64,000 bases of DNA from assembly GCA_963842495.1 (NCBI GenBank), contig CAWJHY010000068.1:50179-114178 (forward strand), given 5' to 3'. The position numbers and the translations under genes are program-made. The notes beneath the pieces are model-generated. The model did not search any database. It saw only the letters and a list, made by a program, of their open reading frames with translations, and was not told where the DNA came from. This document shows, one piece after another, positions 16,641 to 24,839 of this stretch. This DNA comes from an uncultured Acidobacteriota bacterium (GTDB lineage: Bacteria; Acidobacteriota; Terriglobia; UBA7540). Positions within the stretch are counted from its first letter, which is position 1. Every line of letters starts with the position of its first letter.

Positions 16641-16821
16641 TTGGTTTAATAAGCGCAATTTCAAATGGTTCTCGGAAGGGCGGGGCTTTAGCCCCGCCGC
16701 CTCTGGGTGCAGGGTGGGAACGGCCTTTAGGCCCTGAAACCAATTCGTTTCAGGGGCTGAAGCCCCTTACTTACCTCCCGTAACCAGCGGCGGGGCTAAA
16801 GCTCCGCCCTTCCGCTCCCGA
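16641..16821. repeat. MITE-like nested-hairpin element, family B, copy 1
   Basis: Terminal inverted repeats ggaagggcggggctttagcccc / ggggctaaagc(t)ccgcccttcc. Central pair ggcctttaggccctgaaac...gtttcaggggctgaagcccc. Shares a ~35-nt left flank with copy 2. Confidence 0.8.
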
Positions 16822-16864
16822 AGAAAAAGGTGGCTTTCCAATTCTGGAAAGCACAAGGCAAGGA

Positions 16865-17683
16865 ATGTTCTGCATGCACAACGATCCCAGTCACCCGGAA
16901 GCCTCTCCAGCCAGTCCGGACATTACCCGTCGCGAGTGGCTCATGCGCCTTGGCGGCACGGCCGTCCTCATGGGCTTCCAAGGCGCGCCCGCAACGGGCA
17001 AGAATGGGCCCGCGAGCGCAGCGATGGATCGACTTCCGCCGGGGCTCTATGACCCCTCGCAAGACCACATGACGCACGCCCTCGAAAGCGACGCCCGCTA
17101 CTTTCCCGCACCGGCCGGGAGCGACACCGATTTCCTGCGGCCTCCGAGCGGCCCAATCGAGCCCCAGTATTTTTCATCGCCTGATTTCGCGCTGGTAAAG
17201 CGCCTCGTCGGATGGTTTTTGGGCGAATCGGGAACGAACAGCGAGATGGCGAGCACCATGGTGGAGATTTCCGAATGGATCGATCTGGAAGTTTATAATT
17301 CGGCAGCCGTTCGGGAGGCGGCGCTCAACCTATCGCCCGAGCATCGCGCCCTGGCGATCGCTTACTACGGTGAACACGAGGTAACGGCACTCGAGACCCA
17401 CGACTCTCAAAGGATTTGGAGAGAAGGGTTGGAGTGGATTTCGATGGAATCGACCCGGCGTTGGGGCAAGGCGTTCCTCGAAGCTTCTCCGGCCTCGCAG
17501 GCCGAGGTTTTGAAGTCATTGAGTGATCGCGCGGGAGAAGATGGCGCGGGGACACGGCTTTTTGCTCTCTTGAAGAACCAAGTCGCCCGTGGATTCTACA
17601 CCTCGCAGAGCGGGCTTAAAGAGCTAGACTACAAAGGGAATGCATTTTACGCCGAGTGTCCGGGGTGCACCAGGAAGGGATGA
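16865..17683 (+). CDS. Gluconate 2-dehydrogenase subunit 3-like protein (Tat signal)
   Basis: 272-aa ORF with TRREWLMRLGGTAVLMG twin-arginine signal and C-terminal RGFYTSQSGLKELDYKGN, typical of the small subunit partnered with GMC dehydrogenases. Confidence 0.8.
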   Translation: MFCMHNDPSHPEASPASPDITRREWLMRLGGTAVLMGFQGAPATGKNGPASAAMDRLPPGLYDPSQDHMTHALESDARYFPAPAGSDTDFLRPPSGPIEPQYFSSPDFALVKRLVGWFLGESGTNSEMASTMVEISEWIDLEVYNSAAVREAALNLSPEHRALAIAYYGEHEVTALETHDSQRIWREGLEWISMESTRRWGKAFLEASPASQAEVLKSLSDRAGEDGAGTRLFALLKNQVARGFYTSQSGLKELDYKGNAFYAECPGCTRKG

Positions 17684-17797
17684 GGACCAGCAGGGTAGCG
17701 CAGACCTGCGTGTTTTGCAGGCCTGCGGCTCTTCCCCTGTTCCCAGCAGAAAAGCCGCAGACCTCGGAAAGCACGAGGTCTGCGCTACCGGGCGCAA

Positions 17798-18616
17798 TCA
17801 GAAGAGTAGCTTGACGCCAAGCTGGATAATGCGGGGCGCGTTGGCGTTGCGGACATATCCGAAGTTCGCCGGATCGGCATAGTCGGTGTAGTTCAGGATA
17901 AACTGCGTATGGTTGAAGGCGTTGAAGAACTCCCTGCGAAACTCCAGGCTGGTGCCTTCCGTCAGTCGCGTGTCCTTCTCGAGGGCGGCGTCCCAGTTGT
18001 TGATGCCGGGGCCGTGGAAGAACCGGCGGCTGGCGGTCCCGAGCACGCCCAGAGTTTCCGCAGTGAACATGCTGGTGTCGAAATACGGTAGCGGATTTCC
18101 GTTGGCGTCCGTCTTGCGGGGATCGTGGAAAGTCAGCTTCCCGCCGGAGAAATTCGGTGTGTCGATCGGCAGCTCACTGGGTCCCGACCCGTTCGTCCCC
18201 AGCAAAGAGCGGTCGTCACTGGCCAGAAGCGTGACCGGAATGCCCGTGGAAAAACGCTTGATGCCGCTCAACCGCCAACCCTGGGTCAGGCGCCTGGGAC
18301 CAGCAAGCTTGTCGAATGGGAGTTCGTAGTTATAGCTGACGACGAAGTTATTCGTCATGTCGAAGGCCGAGAGCGATCTTACATTGTGGTCCAGGGGATT
18401 AACCGCCTCCCCATACCCTGAGGCGTTCGACAAGGACTTGCTGAAGGTGTAGCCCGCCAGAAACTCCAGCCGCCTGGCTACATGCCGCACGTTGGCCTGC
18501 AAAGAGTTGTAGCCGGAATCCCCCAGCGTTGCAAACTAGGAATTGCTTTGAATCAGCGGCCCGAAGGTTACCCTCCCCTCGTAGGGCAATACATCGCGCC
18601 CAAAACTCACGCAGGG
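17798..18616 (-). pseudogene. TonB-dependent receptor, C-terminal fragment with internal TAG
   Basis: Ends in the typical ...RIIQLGVKLLF. The reading frame opens only at 18616 (after a TAA) and has an in-frame TAG at 18536-18538 (LIQSNS*FATLGDSGYNSLQ). Plug and most of the barrel are absent. Confidence 0.7.
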
Positions 18617-18870
18617 TTATTCTCCATTTGTCGATTAGTTAAGCTACATTTACCGCTGGCGCCATTAATTGTCAAGGGTTTTTTGGACAAATTGTCATTT
18701 GTCGCGGGGCTGCAAGTGAGGAGGCTCCAACCAGTTTTGACCTTTGTCAAACTGCTGGCCTACCCGAGGATATTTCGCTTTGCGAGGAAAACAGTTGACA
18801 GGATCGCTTGTGACATACAAGCCGTGAAAGGGCACCCGTTCGGTCTTGATCTTTGCCCCAAACTCGGATT

Positions 18871-19173
18871 TCACAAGAGAGGGCGAAGTCGAAGGACAAC
18901 ATGAACGTGACGATCTCCACGCAGGAGGCCGACGGAGTAGCGGGTGTTCGGCCGGCACAGCATGCCTCGGATTTCGGTGAGTGTCACTTCCTTGGCAGTG
19001 CGATCATCGATTGATTCGATGACGTCACCCGCTTCGATACCTGCCTCCAAGGCTGGCGACTGGGGCACAAGCCGTTTTACGATAAAAGTGTGAAAGCCAG
19101 GCCCCTCCGCCCGAAGCCTTAGTCCGCTCTGATCGTATTCGGCAGGCTCCGCGTAGCGACTGTTCGGCGTTAA
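18871..19173 (-). pseudogene. PDZ domain segment, in frame with and cut off from the upstream protease ORF by a TAG
   Basis: Hand translation after the TAG at 19174-19176: LTPNSRYAEPAEYDQSGLRLRAEGPGFHTFIVKRLVPQSPALEAGIEAGDVIESIDDR.... This is a PDZ fold pattern. The Met-started track ORF (18871-19068) would begin mid-domain. Confidence 0.6.
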
Positions 19174-20118
19174 CTAAATGCGCTTGCCAGGGTTGTCAAA
19201 CACGACATTGAAACGCTCCAGAAGTTCGGCACCGATCAGTCCTGCATAATCCTTTGCGGCCATCAGTCCTTCCGTATCTTGCCCAAACGTGATCGGTGGT
19301 TTCGCGATCGAGTAAGTCCCGATGCTGATTCGATCGGCTAGGCCGTCCTGGGAGTGTGTGGTTCCATCGGCGCTGGTCCCGGGCTCGTTCAGGAGTTTCA
19401 TCGCCGCAGGAGGAAGATGGTGGGCTTCGCTGAATGGCTTGTAGAGGTCCGCGAAGGTATTCGCGCCGCCGTCGATCAAGAAATTGGCCGTGAACGGTTC
19501 AACGCCCGGCAAGGCGATGGTCGCGTCAATGAATTGAAACCCATGCTGATCAATGCGGACTGGGAATGCCTCCTCATTTCCGGCGGGGTGGTAATTCCGG
19601 GGCGAATAGATGGCATACGTCCGATGTTCATAGTCGATCGCGACAACAAAGTCGTCGAACAAGCGCGAGCCAATGATGCCATCGACCTCGTGACCGACGG
19701 CTGGCTCCAGAGACTTGAGATCGATCACCACGAGGGTGCGGTGTGTCAATTCCAGTCCTGGAAGGCCGATCTGAACGTCACGAGCAATGCCAGCTTCAAT
19801 TACCTTTGATGTGTCGCCCCGTGCCACCGCGCGGCCGCCGCTCTGAAGTGAGACCTCGCGGGCAAAACTCCGATCGACGAGAAAACCCTGCGTGGCATTG
19901 TCAAGAATGAACCATCCGGGGTGGTCATTCACCTTGGCGCGCACAAAGACGAGACCATTGGCGATCAGCTCGACCGGAATGTTCAAGGCGGCGCTACCGG
20001 ATGAAAACCGGTACGAAGGCGCCGCAGGCGAGGGAGTTTGACCAACCACCAGGGTGGTCATCAAAACCATCGCCGTCGCGCAAGATGCATAATTCATCGC
20101 ACATCCTATGGGTCGCAT
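19174..20118 (-). CDS. Secreted two-lobed retropepsin-like (aspartyl-protease-like) protein, truncated before its PDZ domain
   Basis: 314-aa ORF with a signal-like N-terminus (AMVLMTTLVVGQ). Two lobes carry degenerate D-T/S-G positions (FILDNATQG, FLIDGGANT). The family call is tentative. Confidence 0.55.
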   Translation of the reverse strand: MRPIGCAMNYASCATAMVLMTTLVVGQTPSPAAPSYRFSSGSAALNIPVELIANGLVFVRAKVNDHPGWFILDNATQGFLVDRSFAREVSLQSGGRAVARGDTSKVIEAGIARDVQIGLPGLELTHRTLVVIDLKSLEPAVGHEVDGIIGSRLFDDFVVAIDYEHRTYAIYSPRNYHPAGNEEAFPVRIDQHGFQFIDATIALPGVEPFTANFLIDGGANTFADLYKPFSEAHHLPPAAMKLLNEPGTSADGTTHSQDGLADRISIGTYSIAKPPITFGQDTEGLMAAKDYAGLIGAELLERFNVVFDNPGKRI

Positions 20119-20161
20119 AGCGTCCTCCCATCGGAGCGAGGTTTAAATCGACTGGCACCTT

Positions 20162-20234
20162 CGCGGGCGGCGCAGACGTGCCGCTCTTTGGCATGTCTGC
20201 GCTTCTCCGACTCAAATTTGGCGCATATATCCCG
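20162..20234 (+). repeat. 73-bp hairpin repeat, family D, copy 1
   Basis: Sequence cgcgggcggcgcagacgtgccgctctttggcatgtctgcgcttctccgactcaaatttggcgca.... The 12-bp stem is cgcagacgtgcc/ggcatgtctgcg with one G-U pair. Confidence 0.8.
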
Positions 20235-20273
20235 GGCGAAAGGCGTGTCAGATATTGTGCAGCGTTCAGTTCT

Positions 20274-22055
20274 TCATTGCGGGGTTGACCGTTTGCCAAC
20301 AACCACGATTCCGTCGCGCAGAACCAAAATTGGTTTGCGCAAGGTCCTCAGGTCGGCGAGCGGGCTCTCACCAACCACCAGCAGATTGGCTGTGCAACCA
20401 ACCTCGATGCATCCAAGCGTTTCGGGTCTGCCCAGATAAGCCGCGTTATTTCTCGTCGCAAAGGTCAGAATCTCCACAGTTGAAAATCCTGCACGCACAA
20501 ACTGATCCAGTTCATCCAGAAAGCCGCTCCCGTATGCAACCAACGGAGCATCCGTGCCAATTGTGATGGGGACGCCTGCCGCAGCCAGTTGGCGTACTGC
20601 GGCGTAGGAAGACTGTAGGCGTGTGGCGCGCTGGTCTGCGGGAATGTTCTGCAGTCGCAGTGCGGCTTCATACTCACCAAACGTTGGGTCCGCGAATGTA
20701 TGCGCTTGGGCCATCTGGGCGATCAGCGGCGGTGGCAACGCGCCTGCTGTAGCAACATGTTCCACGCCGGTCGCACCATCGTTGACGGCGTCCTGAATCT
20801 CGCCGGGTGTTTCCGTATGCACAACCGTAATGAAGTGGCGCTCGCGTGCCCACGCGATCCCGTCTGCCATCAGCTTGGGATCCAGAATCTTCGTTGCCCG
20901 ACCGATGGTGCCGTCGATGAACTTGATGGCATCCGACCGACCCTCCCGCTGGCTGTCTTCGAGACCAGCCAGCAGTTGTCGCTGGCTCCCGGCCAGAATG
21001 GCTCCCTGCCGCGCGAGATACGGAAAGGGCTTCCAGATAGTTGCTACCGGATGGCCCTCGGGTGCAGTAACCAATCTGCCGACAGCAAACAGTTGCGGTC
21101 CCAGTAAGCGATGCTCAGCAATCGCTTGCCGCCAGTGAAAGAGCTGCGCCGCTGGTCCGCCGCAATCGCGGATCGCCGTCACACCGCTTTCGAGATAGGC
21201 GCGCCGGTGGTCGGCGTAATGAGAGAATTCTTCTTCGATCAGATAGCCGAAGTCGAAAGGCGCAAAGAGAGAGCGGACCGGCGCGGCCAGGTGCATATGC
21301 ACATCTATCAGACCCGGTAGCACATAAGCGCCGTGCAAGTCCATTTTTGGCAGCGGAGAACTGTCCTTTGCTGCGTCCACAATAGCCACAATGTGGCCGT
21401 GCTCAATATGGACATTCCTGCCGGACAGAATCTGTCCGGAGCGAAGCTCCACGAGTTTGCCTCCGGTTAGGTTCCAGGAATCCTTCTGCGCTTTGGGCCA
21501 TGGGTACTGATCTGTTCTAAAGAAGAGAGACAATGGCCACGCAATCCCTGCAACAAAGACCAGGGCTGCCAGCACGAGCACCGAGCGCCGGCTCCACCAA
21601 CGAAAAGTTGTGAGCCGTGCAAAGCAAACCACGAGCAGGAAGAGCGGGACAGTCCCGGCGAAATAGATGATCCATACCTTGACGCCGGATGGATGGAAAT
21701 CGGCCCCGGCAAGCGGATAGACAAGCCAGAGACAGATAAAGTAGAGGGGAACAGAAACTAAAAAGCCCTGCAGCCAGCGCTTGATCCACGAACCCTGCCT
21801 GCCGAAAACCAGCCACCCAGCGGGAATCCAGTAAAAAACGGAGAAGCTGGCCCAGCGCAAGGCTGTCAGCGCGGTCAGCCAGCCACCTTCCTCTGCCCCC
21901 AGCGCCAAGTAGAACGGGAACAAGTAATTTGGTAGAAGCAATGCTATAAGACACCAAAGCTGGAAGGAAAACTGTGGTGGAGAAACAGCGGATTTTGACT
22001 GCGCGTCTGGCATGTGACTCACAATCTCCTTGAGCGCCAAGCCCATGACGCGCAC
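20274..22055 (-). CDS. Amidohydrolase-family protein fused to an N-terminal polytopic membrane domain
   Basis: 593-aa ORF. The first ~190 aa hold 5-6 hydrophobic helices. This is followed by a metal-dependent hydrolase signature PGLIDVHMHL and a C-terminal TDAP...G region. Confidence 0.85.
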   Translation of the reverse strand: MRVMGLALKEIVSHMPDAQSKSAVSPPQFSFQLWCLIALLLPNYLFPFYLALGAEEGGWLTALTALRWASFSVFYWIPAGWLVFGRQGSWIKRWLQGFLVSVPLYFICLWLVYPLAGADFHPSGVKVWIIYFAGTVPLFLLVVCFARLTTFRWWSRRSVLVLAALVFVAGIAWPLSLFFRTDQYPWPKAQKDSWNLTGGKLVELRSGQILSGRNVHIEHGHIVAIVDAAKDSSPLPKMDLHGAYVLPGLIDVHMHLAAPVRSLFAPFDFGYLIEEEFSHYADHRRAYLESGVTAIRDCGGPAAQLFHWRQAIAEHRLLGPQLFAVGRLVTAPEGHPVATIWKPFPYLARQGAILAGSQRQLLAGLEDSQREGRSDAIKFIDGTIGRATKILDPKLMADGIAWARERHFITVVHTETPGEIQDAVNDGATGVEHVATAGALPPPLIAQMAQAHTFADPTFGEYEAALRLQNIPADQRATRLQSSYAAVRQLAAAGVPITIGTDAPLVAYGSGFLDELDQFVRAGFSTVEILTFATRNNAAYLGRPETLGCIEVGCTANLLVVGESPLADLRTLRKPILVLRDGIVVVGKRSTPQ

Positions 22056-22132
22056 GGCGGATGCTGGTTCTGGGTTGCCCGTGCGGCCGCGCTCACTATA
22101 TCACGGGTGAGCGTTGCATCCGCAAGGAGAAA

Positions 22133-22205
22133 CGCGGGCGGCGCAGACGGGCCGCTCTTTGGCATGTCTGCGCTTCTCCGACTCAAATTTGGCGCACACA
22201 TCCCG
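22133..22205 (+). repeat. 73-bp hairpin repeat, family D, copy 2
   Basis: Differs from copy 1 at three positions by my alignment. Same orientation. Confidence 0.8.
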
Positions 22206-22276
22206 ACGACCCCCGTCGGGACGTATGCCCCCGCCTTGGCTGGGATTCACACTCGGCGTGATTTCAAAATGCGCCG

Positions 22277-23836
22277 CTACCCGCCCGCCGCCTTGCGGTA
22301 GCGGGTCATATGCTCTTGCAACTCAGGATCTCGCGGGTCGAGTTGCAGGGCCAGCACTTGGATCCTCACTGCTTCCTGGTAGCTTCCGCTGGCGTAATTG
22401 GCCTCGGCCAGCGTATCGATGAAGCCGGCTTCCTTCCATTGCGTTAATTCGACCGCTTGACGAGCGTGCTCGAGTGCAGCGCGTGGATCGCGCCATTTGG
22501 GGTCGTCGCAGGTGGCATAGAGCCAGGCCAGGTTATTGTGCGATTCGGCGCTTCGGGGCTCGATCTGCAAAGCTTGCTTGTAATGCTGAACGGCTTCCGC
22601 AAAAAGCTTTTGATCGGCATAGAGATCCGCGAGCAGGCGCTGGCCATCCGCCGTGGCGGGGTTCTTGCCCAGAGCGGTTTCGAAGGCCCGCTGCGCCTTC
22701 CCCAGGTCGCCCTTCATGCGATAGGCCACACCCAACGCCAGTTGCGCATCCGGCGCGCCTGGAATGAGCCGCGCCGCCTCGCTGTATTCCTGAATAGCTC
22801 TGTCGATCTGCTGGTCGCGCAGGTAGAGCGCGCCCATCATCATGTGGGGCCGCTCATCACGCGGCGCCCGCCGGGCGGCGGCCTCGAAGCGTTCCAGGGC
22901 CTTGTCATCGTGGTGAGCGAGCCGAAGGCGCACGCCTTGCAGGAGCAGCCGGGTGACATCACGAGAGATGGCATAATGTTGCGCGGTCGAGACCATAGCC
23001 AGCCCCACCACCAGCACCGGTAAAACGATGATCGCTTGTGAAGGCCGTGCCTCGCCGAACTGTAGCGCCAGGCCGTGCTTGGGCGGCGGAATAAAGGCCG
23101 CCAACACCCCGCCCGTGAGCAACCCCCCCACGTGTCCCCATTTGTCGATTCCTTTCTCAGAAAAGCCGAGGAATAACATGAGCACAACGAAGGGGACGAT
23201 CCCCGCGCCGAAAGCGCGGCCCCAGTGCGGCGGAATGATCTCCCGGTGCATGAAGCCTGCGACCAGCATGGCGCCGGCGATTCCGAAAATCGCCCCTGAC
23301 GCGCCCGCGGCGACGTTCAGCGAAAGGCTCATCGACAGCGCGGAACTGCCTATCCCGGCGGCGACGTACAGAAAAGAAAATCGTCCCGCGCCGTAGACGC
23401 GCTCCAGAATCGGCCCCAGGATGAATAGCGCATAACTATTGCCGAGGAGGTGCAGCCAACCGACGTGAAGGAACATCGGCATCACCAGCCGCCAATATTC
23501 TCCACGCCGGAAGTATGGACTGTACGACGCACCGAAATCCAAAAGCACGTCGGTGTTCGTCGAGCCGCCCGCGTAGGTCAGCAGGAGGAAAACCACAACA
23601 TTTATGCCAATGATCGCCAGGGTGACCACAGGCCAATATCGCCGCCCGGGACCAGTGACGAGTGCCGAGTGCCGAGTAACAGGTGGCGAGCCGGTGCCGG
23701 GCTCGAGGTTCCAGGGCCGTGTATTGGTGGGCAGGGTTGGGGCCGGGGAAAACAAATCCCTGGCACCTGCATCTGGCTCCTTTTTATTCAGCGAGCCCTG
23801 ATTCCCGAATCCTGAGTCCTGCTTGTCACTCATCAC
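22277..23836 (-). CDS. Rhomboid-family intramembrane serine protease fused to C-terminal TPR repeats
   Basis: 519-aa ORF with GASGAIFG catalytic-serine motif, HxxxN-type helix (FLHVGWLHLLGN) and multiple TPR-like repeats in the C-terminal half. Confidence 0.9.
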   Translation of the reverse strand: MMSDKQDSGFGNQGSLNKKEPDAGARDLFSPAPTLPTNTRPWNLEPGTGSPPVTRHSALVTGPGRRYWPVVTLAIIGINVVVFLLLTYAGGSTNTDVLLDFGASYSPYFRRGEYWRLVMPMFLHVGWLHLLGNSYALFILGPILERVYGAGRFSFLYVAAGIGSSALSMSLSLNVAAGASGAIFGIAGAMLVAGFMHREIIPPHWGRAFGAGIVPFVVLMLFLGFSEKGIDKWGHVGGLLTGGVLAAFIPPPKHGLALQFGEARPSQAIIVLPVLVVGLAMVSTAQHYAISRDVTRLLLQGVRLRLAHHDDKALERFEAAARRAPRDERPHMMMGALYLRDQQIDRAIQEYSEAARLIPGAPDAQLALGVAYRMKGDLGKAQRAFETALGKNPATADGQRLLADLYADQKLFAEAVQHYKQALQIEPRSAESHNNLAWLYATCDDPKWRDPRAALEHARQAVELTQWKEAGFIDTLAEANYASGSYQEAVRIQVLALQLDPRDPELQEHMTRYRKAAGG

Positions 23837-24459
23837 TCGTCACTCGTCACTTCGTAATAACTTTCTCCGGCGCAACTTCGGCACAGGACCCGGTCTCCCA
23901 GTCGGAGTTCCCGGCCGTCGTTCACGCCTTCACCGCATTGCGCGCAAGCAACTCGCGAGTGCGGGCGGCCTGGCAGGTCCTCTGGTTTCAGCGCCACGCG
24001 CACCGCCTGGAGATTAAAAAGATCCTCATTCTCCATCAACTTGTAGGCTTCAAGCTGCGCCTGAGTGGCGTCAGACAGGTGCGGGAACATGGCCTTGGCT
24101 TTGACGCGTGCGTCGTCACGAGCCGCCACCCGCACCGCCCGGCCTGTCTCAAGATCGACGAAAGTCGCTGCCACCTTGCCGTAATCAAGAAACTTAAGAG
24201 AGCGTTTTCCCAGGCGGCATCCGGTGACCAGGCTCACGGCGTCCGTGGCACAACGGTCGATCTCAACAAAGGTCAAGAGGCGCTTGCGAGCCTTGGCGGG
24301 GTCGTCTATTCCAATCGAACGCAGCCCCAAGAGCGCCATGCGGATGCCCAGAATCTGGCCGGGGCACATGTGGCCGTGACTCTGGCCCGCCAAGACGATA
24401 TATTCCTCCAGCGATTTCATCCGCGCTGCCTTTGTAGAGACGACTGCCCCTGAACCCAC
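23833..24459 (-). CDS. FmdE-family protein with C-terminal zinc ribbon
   Basis: 208-aa ORF with HGHMCPGQILGIRMA and CAQCGE...CRSC motifs. Its stop overlaps the rhomboid start (ATGATGA). Confidence 0.8.
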   Translation of the reverse strand: MGSGAVVSTKAARMKSLEEYIVLAGQSHGHMCPGQILGIRMALLGLRSIGIDDPAKARKRLLTFVEIDRCATDAVSLVTGCRLGKRSLKFLDYGKVAATFVDLETGRAVRVAARDDARVKAKAMFPHLSDATQAQLEAYKLMENEDLFNLQAVRVALKPEDLPGRPHSRVACAQCGEGVNDGRELRLGDRVLCRSCAGESYYEVTSDE

Positions 24460-24624
24460 CCGCGGCGTTCAAGCCGGCCACCGCCGCCCTTAGCCGCGTA
24501 AGCTCACATTATAGCACCCGGGGCGCTCAGCGGGTTTGGATGGGGGCGACCACAGAGCACTTCCTCATCCCCGTCGGCGGACGGCCGCCCGGAAATCACG
24601 AGAATGCCCTGACCTTGCATAGAT

Positions 24625-24725
24625 GTGGTGCGGGCGTCTCGCCCGCGAAAGAACACGCGGGCAGAGCCTGTCCTGAGCGGAGCGAACGAATGCCCGCGCC
24701 ACAGCGGGCGAGACGCCCGCACCAC
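24625..24725. repeat. Long hairpin element, family C, copy 1 (22-bp perfect arms)
   Basis: Arms gtggtgcgggcgtctcgcccgc ... gcgggcgagacgcccgcaccac, with an inner 8-bp stem cgcgggca/tgcccgcg. Followed by aattctcaaa, as in copy 2. Confidence 0.8.
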
Positions 24726-24839
24726 AATTCTCAAAGTGGGTGGGCTGAAATGGGGGATTATCTAAGCCGTAGAGGAAGGGCAAAGGTCAGTTCGCTGCGA
24801 GAACCGGGCAGGGAGGCCACAAGGGACACCCCTTCAGTC

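Noticed and set aside
11231-19176. All three internal in-frame stops I found are amber (11231-11233, 18536-18538, 19174-19176). A corrinoid methyltransferase cluster is also present, which raised the idea of UAG recoding to pyrrolysine.
   Set aside because: TAG also terminates many well-supported genes here (CHAT-like gene, DUF1638, GMC oxidoreductase, both kinases). No pylTSBCD or MttB/MtbB/MtmB-type genes are visible. Two of the three affected genes are otherwise truncated or start-less. A genome-wide pyl gene search would be needed to settle it.
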